This document shows positions 58,717-64,000 of a stretch of 64,000 nucleotides of DNA, one piece after another; the first letter of the stretch is position 1; each line of letters opens with the position of its first letter. This DNA is from Candidatus Terraquivivens ruidianensis (lineage in GTDB: Archaea; Thermoproteota; Nitrososphaeria_A; Caldarchaeales; Wolframiiraptoraceae). Under the pieces are notes generated by a model that was not told where the DNA came from, searched no databases, and was given only the letters and a program-made list of their open reading frames with translations. The stretch spans positions 12,792-76,791 of the forward strand of contig JALNLB010000003.1 in the NCBI GenBank assembly GCA_023267885.1. The letters are read 5' to 3'. The position numbers and the translations under genes were made by a program.

Positions 58717-59109
58717 ATGGGTTTGGATGCCTTAGCAAAGCTATTTGAAGGTGAGGAGAAAGTTTTAGTCGCCTACGTATTCGGCTCGTATGCGAAGGGG
58801 GTTGCTACGCCCAGGAGCGACTTCGACATAGCCGTTCTTTTGTCGGAGACCCCGCAGAGATTGCTCGACTACTACCTGCACCTTATTAACAGGCTGTCTG
58901 AAGTCCTAGGAGACAGCATAGACCTAGTGATACTTAACGTTGTTCCTCCCGCGCTTAAACATCAAGTTATAAGATATGGCAAGCCGATTTACATTCGGGA
59001 CGAGCAGGCAAGGATAGTTTTTGAGGCAAGAGCCATAAGCGAATATCTGGATTTCGCCAGAATCTTGAAGAGGTATGATGAATGTTTGATGAGACGCATC
59101 CTAGCATAG
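58717..59109 (+). CDS. MNT antitoxin (MntA-like)
   Basis: AYVFGSYAKG...SDFDIAV...IDLVILN. Confidence 0.92.
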   Translation: MGLDALAKLFEGEEKVLVAYVFGSYAKGVATPRSDFDIAVLLSETPQRLLDYYLHLINRLSEVLGDSIDLVILNVVPPALKHQVIRYGKPIYIRDEQARIVFEARAISEYLDFARILKRYDECLMRRILA

Positions 59110-59537
59110 ATGAGACGTTAATCCTAGCCAAAATGGGCAAGCTAAACCAATACCTGAAATATCTAAACGAGCTTCGAAAATGTAGCCTAGAAGAATTCAA
59201 GGATGATTTTAAGATAAGCGGGTCTGCCGAAAGATACCTTCAAGTAGCCATCGAATGCGTAATCGACATAGGTAATGAGATTATTTCCTCTCTCCAACTC
59301 AAAAGGCCGGAACGCTACAGGGACATCCCGTACATACTTTCTGAAGCGAAAATAATACCAAAAAACTTTGCAGAGACGTTCGCAACGATGATAGGATTCA
59401 GAAACCTATTAGTACACGACTACGCATCAATAAACCTTGACATGGTTTATGAATTCCTCCAGAAGAAACTTCAAGACTTTGAAGCCTTCATGAGACACGT
59501 CTCCAAATGGCTTAAAGAAGCCAAGAATGTTTATTAG
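59082..59537 (+). CDS. HepT/DUF86 HEPN RNase toxin
   Basis: AERYLQVAIECVIDI...GFRNLLVHDY (Rx4H motif). Confidence 0.93.
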   Translation: MFDETHPSIDETLILAKMGKLNQYLKYLNELRKCSLEEFKDDFKISGSAERYLQVAIECVIDIGNEIISSLQLKRPERYRDIPYILSEAKIIPKNFAETFATMIGFRNLLVHDYASINLDMVYEFLQKKLQDFEAFMRHVSKWLKEAKNVY

Positions 59538-60014
59538 AACGTCGCCTCGGGAACTTTGCAACTTATATTATCCACTCTCGGTCCATAAACAGTAAAAGAG
59601 CGACGACCCGAGAGTTGGAAAACCTTGGGACTGGTTTTACCCACCACATAAAATAGCCAAAAAGGCTTACTAAACATAACAGTCATCGATATGGCTTCAA
59701 GAAGGGTTGAGGATGTAGGACAGCAACTCTTATCGCTACCAAAGCAATACAAGCAACGGCTTACTCTAACCTGACATAAGCTTTCTCAAGGTTGCCCTGC
59801 CCCTCGGCGAGCTTCATAACGAATTCTCCTAACTTTGTGACGGCCTCTTCCAGCCCTAAGCTCGCCCCTTATGTCTCAATAATGACCTATCAGAGATAGT
59901 ATTTTATGAGCGTTCAATTTATTTTCAACAATTTTCATTCATCGAAAAGGTTCGAGCCTTTTGGAAAGAAAAACCTTATAAGAAAACTGGCGACTCATCC
60001 AAAAGGTGCGTTTA

Positions 60015-60395
60015 ATGGATGCATGCCCTGTCCTTAAATTGTTGAGGAGCATTAGGGTGAGGGCTATCAGGCATGGAACTTATTACAGGAATCTAACCAG
60101 CATAGAGAGGGCTATAACCGAGCTGTCTATTAGATGTAGGATAAAGTTCAGGAGCTTTAGGCTTCTTATGGTAATTGCGAGGATAATCGTCAAGCTACGT
60201 AAGTACACGCCCATATCCTTTTTCGACAGAATTCTATCGTTGGGAAAGGAGCTTGTCAAAAAGGTTTCGCTAATAGCCTATAGCTGGGGTAACGTGTCCG
60301 CCCTGTCTTGGATAGAAGACAGGACTTTTGTCGTTTACTTAGGCATGATGGTGCTCCAAAGGCCGTTCTCAATGTTGATTACCAACTACGCATAA
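60015..60395 (+). CDS. Small basic hypothetical protein upstream of the glycosylation cluster
   Basis: RAIRHG...ERAITELSIR...SLIAYSWGNVSALSW; TATA-like CTTATAAG upstream. Confidence 0.7.
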   Translation: MDACPVLKLLRSIRVRAIRHGTYYRNLTSIERAITELSIRCRIKFRSFRLLMVIARIIVKLRKYTPISFFDRILSLGKELVKKVSLIAYSWGNVSALSWIEDRTFVVYLGMMVLQRPFSMLITNYA

Positions 60396-60466
60396 CTTTC
60401 ATGGAGCTCGTATAACATCGACGGGTGTTTAACGACATTAAGCAAAGATAAGAGAACCCGTGAAAA

Positions 60467-61393
60467 ATGGAAGTGAGCGGCTTGGAAGATACTTCTGAAT
60501 CTATTAAGGGCAACTACAAAGTCGTTGCGTGCATACCTGCATACAATGAGGAGAGGACGATAGCGAAGGTTATACTAAAGGCGCAGAAGCATGTAGACGT
60601 GGTCCTAGTCTGCGATGATGGCTCGGCCGATATGACAGCGGAGATTGCCGGGAGGATGGGAGCAACGGTCCTGAGACACGAGAACAATAAGGGGAAGGGT
60701 GCCGCTTTGAGGACGCTATTCGATGCGGCTCTGAAGATGGATGCCGATATAGTCGTCACTCTGGATGCCGATGGTCAGCATGACCCTGATGACATTCCAG
60801 TACTCATAGAACCTATAAAGCAAAATATGGCGGACATCGTCATAGGTTCAAGGTTTTTATCGTCAACAAAAGACGTTCCGCTTTACAGAAGGTTCGGGAA
60901 CAAGATATTAAATTTCTTAACAAGTACCGCATCTAAAAAGCGGTTAACAGATACGCAGAGTGGATTTAGGGCATACTCGTTTGGGGCAATTAAGAGCATA
61001 ACGATAATCGAGGATGGTATCGGTGTTGACTCGCAAATAATAATGGACGCACTCAAAAAGAACCTAAGGATAGTTGAGAGGGGGATATCCGTTCACTATG
61101 AAAAGGGGACATCAACATATAACCCAGTTACTCATATGAGTAACGTTATTGTCTCAATCATAAACTATGCTATCAGAAAGAGACCACTCACACTGGTTGG
61201 AGTCCCCGGATTTCTCATTTCTATTGCCGGGTTCGGTCTAATAGTATATGTTATACAGAGATTCTTTGAAGTGAAAGAGCTTGCGGTGGGTACCATGTTC
61301 ATAGGAGCTCTGATATTCATGATAGGAATTTTCATGATGCTCACGGCTATCATGCTTTATGCTATAACAGGCATAACTACTAGCAGACAGTAA
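60467..61393 (+). CDS. GT2 glycosyltransferase, DPM-synthase-like, with two C-terminal TM helices
   Basis: IPAYNEE, DDGS, NKGKGAA, DADGQHDP, GSRF, DTQSGFRA. Confidence 0.93.
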   Translation: MEVSGLEDTSESIKGNYKVVACIPAYNEERTIAKVILKAQKHVDVVLVCDDGSADMTAEIAGRMGATVLRHENNKGKGAALRTLFDAALKMDADIVVTLDADGQHDPDDIPVLIEPIKQNMADIVIGSRFLSSTKDVPLYRRFGNKILNFLTSTASKKRLTDTQSGFRAYSFGAIKSITIIEDGIGVDSQIIMDALKKNLRIVERGISVHYEKGTSTYNPVTHMSNVIVSIINYAIRKRPLTLVGVPGFLISIAGFGLIVYVIQRFFEVKELAVGTMFIGALIFMIGIFMMLTAIMLYAITGITTSRQ

Positions 61394-61417
61394 TATGATG
61401 AGGGCGTACATACCATA

Positions 61418-62293
61418 ATGTCCAGCAATAGTGTTAAAGAGCCTGGAAGTGTTTGGCAGGACTTTGCAAAAACCCAGTCCATAGTAGAAAGAGCTGTTAG
61501 GCATCCCTATACAACCTTCCTTAACGTCGTTGAGGGTCGCCTCGTAAATGTTATACTTCGTCAACTCAGTGGTGACTCATACATTTTGGATGTTGGCTGC
61601 GGAACTGGAAGGTGGACGGTAAACATTGCTAAACACGGGGTTAACGTGGTCGGAGTTGACGTAGCCCCGGACTTCATAAAAATGGCGAAGGTCTGGGCTG
61701 TTAAGAAGGGTATAAGAGGTTACACGGATTTTGTCGTTGCAGATGTGAAATCTCTACCATTTAACTGTGACAGCTTACACGGCGCTCTTTGTATAGGCGT
61801 CCTGCAACATCTACAAAGCGTAATCACGATAGCCCATGCACTCCAAGAGATGAAAAGAGTTTTAAGGAATCGGGCATTAATAGTCATGAGGGAGCTGGCA
61901 CCGAAACAGAAAAATGAATACATCATATCACCTTGGTCGCCACCTGCTTTAGCGTTCAGCGTAGGAGAGTGGAAGAAGATGTTTTCTAATGTTAATTTCC
62001 GAGTTAATGAAGTTCGCGGGTTCGAGGTTGCGCCTTTGATGCTCATGTTTGCACGTATTAGCAGGGTACTCTCTGCCAGCCTTCTGTCCAACTACAAACT
62101 AAACCCCTCCCATAAAACATTTCCAATTTTTAAAATTCTTTACATGCTGTTCAGGAACATGGCAGCAATAATATCCTTGCCGTTTGAGCTCCTTTTACAA
62201 TGTAGGTTAGTAGGGATTTCTGAGTTCAAACTTTTTCTGCTTGAAGTTACAAAGGACGATCATACAATAACTAACAAGGGACGGGACGAATAG
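61418..62293 (+). CDS. Class I SAM-dependent methyltransferase
   Basis: ILDVGCGTG, VGVDVA, VADVKSLPF, VLQHL...RVL. Confidence 0.9.
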   Translation: MSSNSVKEPGSVWQDFAKTQSIVERAVRHPYTTFLNVVEGRLVNVILRQLSGDSYILDVGCGTGRWTVNIAKHGVNVVGVDVAPDFIKMAKVWAVKKGIRGYTDFVVADVKSLPFNCDSLHGALCIGVLQHLQSVITIAHALQEMKRVLRNRALIVMRELAPKQKNEYIISPWSPPALAFSVGEWKKMFSNVNFRVNEVRGFEVAPLMLMFARISRVLSASLLSNYKLNPSHKTFPIFKILYMLFRNMAAIISLPFELLLQCRLVGISEFKLFLLEVTKDDHTITNKGRDE

Positions 62294-62339
62294 AAAAAAA
62301 GGATTTAGAAGGTAGCACCCCCGAACCAACTAGAATATA

Positions 62340-63050
62340 ATGAGAGAAATGTTAAGAATTCTAAGCACAGAGAACAGCATGATACGTCCAGTAATTCAGC
62401 TTTTAATGCTTAAAAGAGCAACCCGTTTTACTAAAAAGTGCCTAGGCACTGAAGAAGTGAACATAACTTCTGATCTGCTAGCCCTTCAAAATCATCTTAA
62501 ACGCTTGATAGATAGCTTTCCTGATAAAGGCTTTAGACGTGATTATTGGCTAAGCCCTTATCCAGAAGTAATACTGTACACGCTTCTTAGAACTCTTCGA
62601 CCCAGAACAGTTGTCGAGACAGGTGTTTCAGGTGGGATATCGTCAAGTTATATGTTACAAGCATTAAAAGATAATGGGTGTGGCATGCTTTATTCTATAG
62701 ACCTACCGTCTTCAAGATATCGTTACAGATACAAGTCCGGTTGGATGGTTCCAGAACATCTCAGAAATAGATGGTCCTTAATTATCGGGGATTCTAAAAA
62801 GGAACTGAAGCCACTACTAATAAACCTTAGAGAGATAGATGCATTTTTCCATGATAGTCTCCATACATATGAACACATGCTCTGGGAATACAAGACCGTG
62901 TGGCCTTTTATTCGCTGGGGAGGTCTTTTGATTTCAGATGACATCCAATCAAACAGAGCGTTTCACCATTTTAGCAAGATTATAAACCGGAAAACTTACT
63001 CCTACAGGAAGGGTCCCTTTACATATTTGGGCGTGATAAGAAAATCTTAG
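62340..63050 (+). CDS. Methyltransf_24-like SAM methyltransferase
   Basis: VVETGVSGGISS, LYSIDLP, IGDS, FFHDSLHTYEHM, ISDDI. Confidence 0.9.
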   Translation: MREMLRILSTENSMIRPVIQLLMLKRATRFTKKCLGTEEVNITSDLLALQNHLKRLIDSFPDKGFRRDYWLSPYPEVILYTLLRTLRPRTVVETGVSGGISSSYMLQALKDNGCGMLYSIDLPSSRYRYRYKSGWMVPEHLRNRWSLIIGDSKKELKPLLINLREIDAFFHDSLHTYEHMLWEYKTVWPFIRWGGLLISDDIQSNRAFHHFSKIINRKTYSYRKGPFTYLGVIRKS

Positions 63051-63080
63051 TTTTAATACCGCGTGGGAGCCTACATCCTG

Positions 63081-64000
63081 ATGTCTGAATACGTCGTAAT
63101 AGACCCATCAGAACGAACATTTACGGGTTCGCGCATAAACTTAAGTGCTCCTCCAAGGGTTTCGTTTGTTATTCCAACGCTGAATAATGAGAAGACTATA
63201 GGTGCATGCCTTGAGAGCATCAGACATCAAGATTATCCTGAAATTGAAGTGATAGTCGTGGATGGATATTCTAAAGATAAAACGGTCGAGATAGCGAATA
63301 GGTATGCGGATATAGTGCTCTTTGATAAAGGGACATACGGTAGCGCATGCAAGCTGGGCTTTGAGAATGCAACAGGAGAGATAGTGGGCATGTTCGATGC
63401 AGACATTATATTTCCACATCCAAATTGGCTAAGGAACGCCGTAAAGTACTTTAACTATAACGATAGGGTTAGCACCGTTGAACCCTTTAATATAGTTCCT
63501 AAGAATGCATCCATATTCGCAAAAGCGTACTCGGCATTATCTCTTGAACTGATTTTAGAAAGGATAAGGACGGGACGAGGTGTACTTGGAGGAGGAAACT
63601 GTCTTTTATGGAAGGATGCCGTGGTAAAGTCTGGAGGAATAGACGGGAGACTCCACTGGGGTGCCGACTTTACTTGGGCAAAAAACCTGAAGGAAAGTGG
63701 GTACATGGTAGTTTATACATCCGACCCTGTCTATCACATAACTATGAGCACGCTCAGAGAGTTCTTACGGAAACAGATTTATGGGGCCAGAACGTTTACT
63801 GGCTTAGGGTTTGACTTAATGGGCTTAAATAAATCAGAGCTCTTACGACAGCATATGGTGGTAGGAATGAGAGGCCTCAAAAAGATGTTCCTTAATAGAG
63901 AACGAGAATGGATAGTATATCCCCTACTTTTAGGTGCCAGGGTGCTCTCATACGGCACGATATCATTAAGAAACATTTTCATAAAGCAAAGTGAAAAGAA
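63081..64000 (+). CDS. GT2 glycosyltransferase, 3' end runs off the window
   Basis: Manual translation: VSFVIPTLNNEKTI...QDYPEIEVIVVDGYSKD...FDAD. Confidence 0.9.
   Translation, partial: MSEYVVIDPSERTFTGSRINLSAPPRVSFVIPTLNNEKTIGACLESIRHQDYPEIEVIVVDGYSKDKTVEIANRYADIVLFDKGTYGSACKLGFENATGEIVGMFDADIIFPHPNWLRNAVKYFNYNDRVSTVEPFNIVPKNASIFAKAYSALSLELILERIRTGRGVLGGGNCLLWKDAVVKSGGIDGRLHWGADFTWAKNLKESGYMVVYTSDPVYHITMSTLREFLRKQIYGARTFTGLGFDLMGLNKSELLRQHMVVGMRGLKKMFLNREREWIVYPLLLGARVLSYGTISLRNIFIKQSEK

Noticed and set aside
47140-60000. Integrated element with a duplicated tRNA 3' end (att site)
   Set aside because: No duplicate found; GGTTCGAG near 59949 is too short to count
1-64000. CRISPR array, cas genes, integrase, transposase or rRNA
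   Set aside because: No regularly spaced repeats or recognisable proteins of these kinds were seen

Overview
Archaeal chromosomal DNA, probably from a TACK lineage; the lineage is inferred from non-canonical tRNA introns and gene content. Housekeeping genes include A1Ao-ATP synthase subunits split over four loci, a partial complex I-like nuoBCDI-x-AH operon, cdc48, fen, EF-1beta, Alba, rpl40e, aspS, tfe, trm56 and guaA. Sulfur handling is represented by an SQR/TusA/DsrE/ArsR operon and a TauE/ArsR pair. There are four tRNA genes carrying five introns, a double-guide C/D box sRNA, three toxin-antitoxin-type modules, a 2461-aa surface protein and the start of a glycosylation cluster. The best candidate for an undescribed system is the operon at 16687-19726. 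An archaeosortase/exosortase with its Cys-Arg-His triad overlaps a cellulose-synthase-like GT2. That GT2 carries, in frame, an internal signal-peptide-like segment (AQA|Y), an extracellular beta-rich domain and a C-terminal IPEN-TM-basic sorting signal. The polymer synthase therefore appears to be fused to the sortase's own substrate. All calls come from motif recognition by eye; no searches were run.
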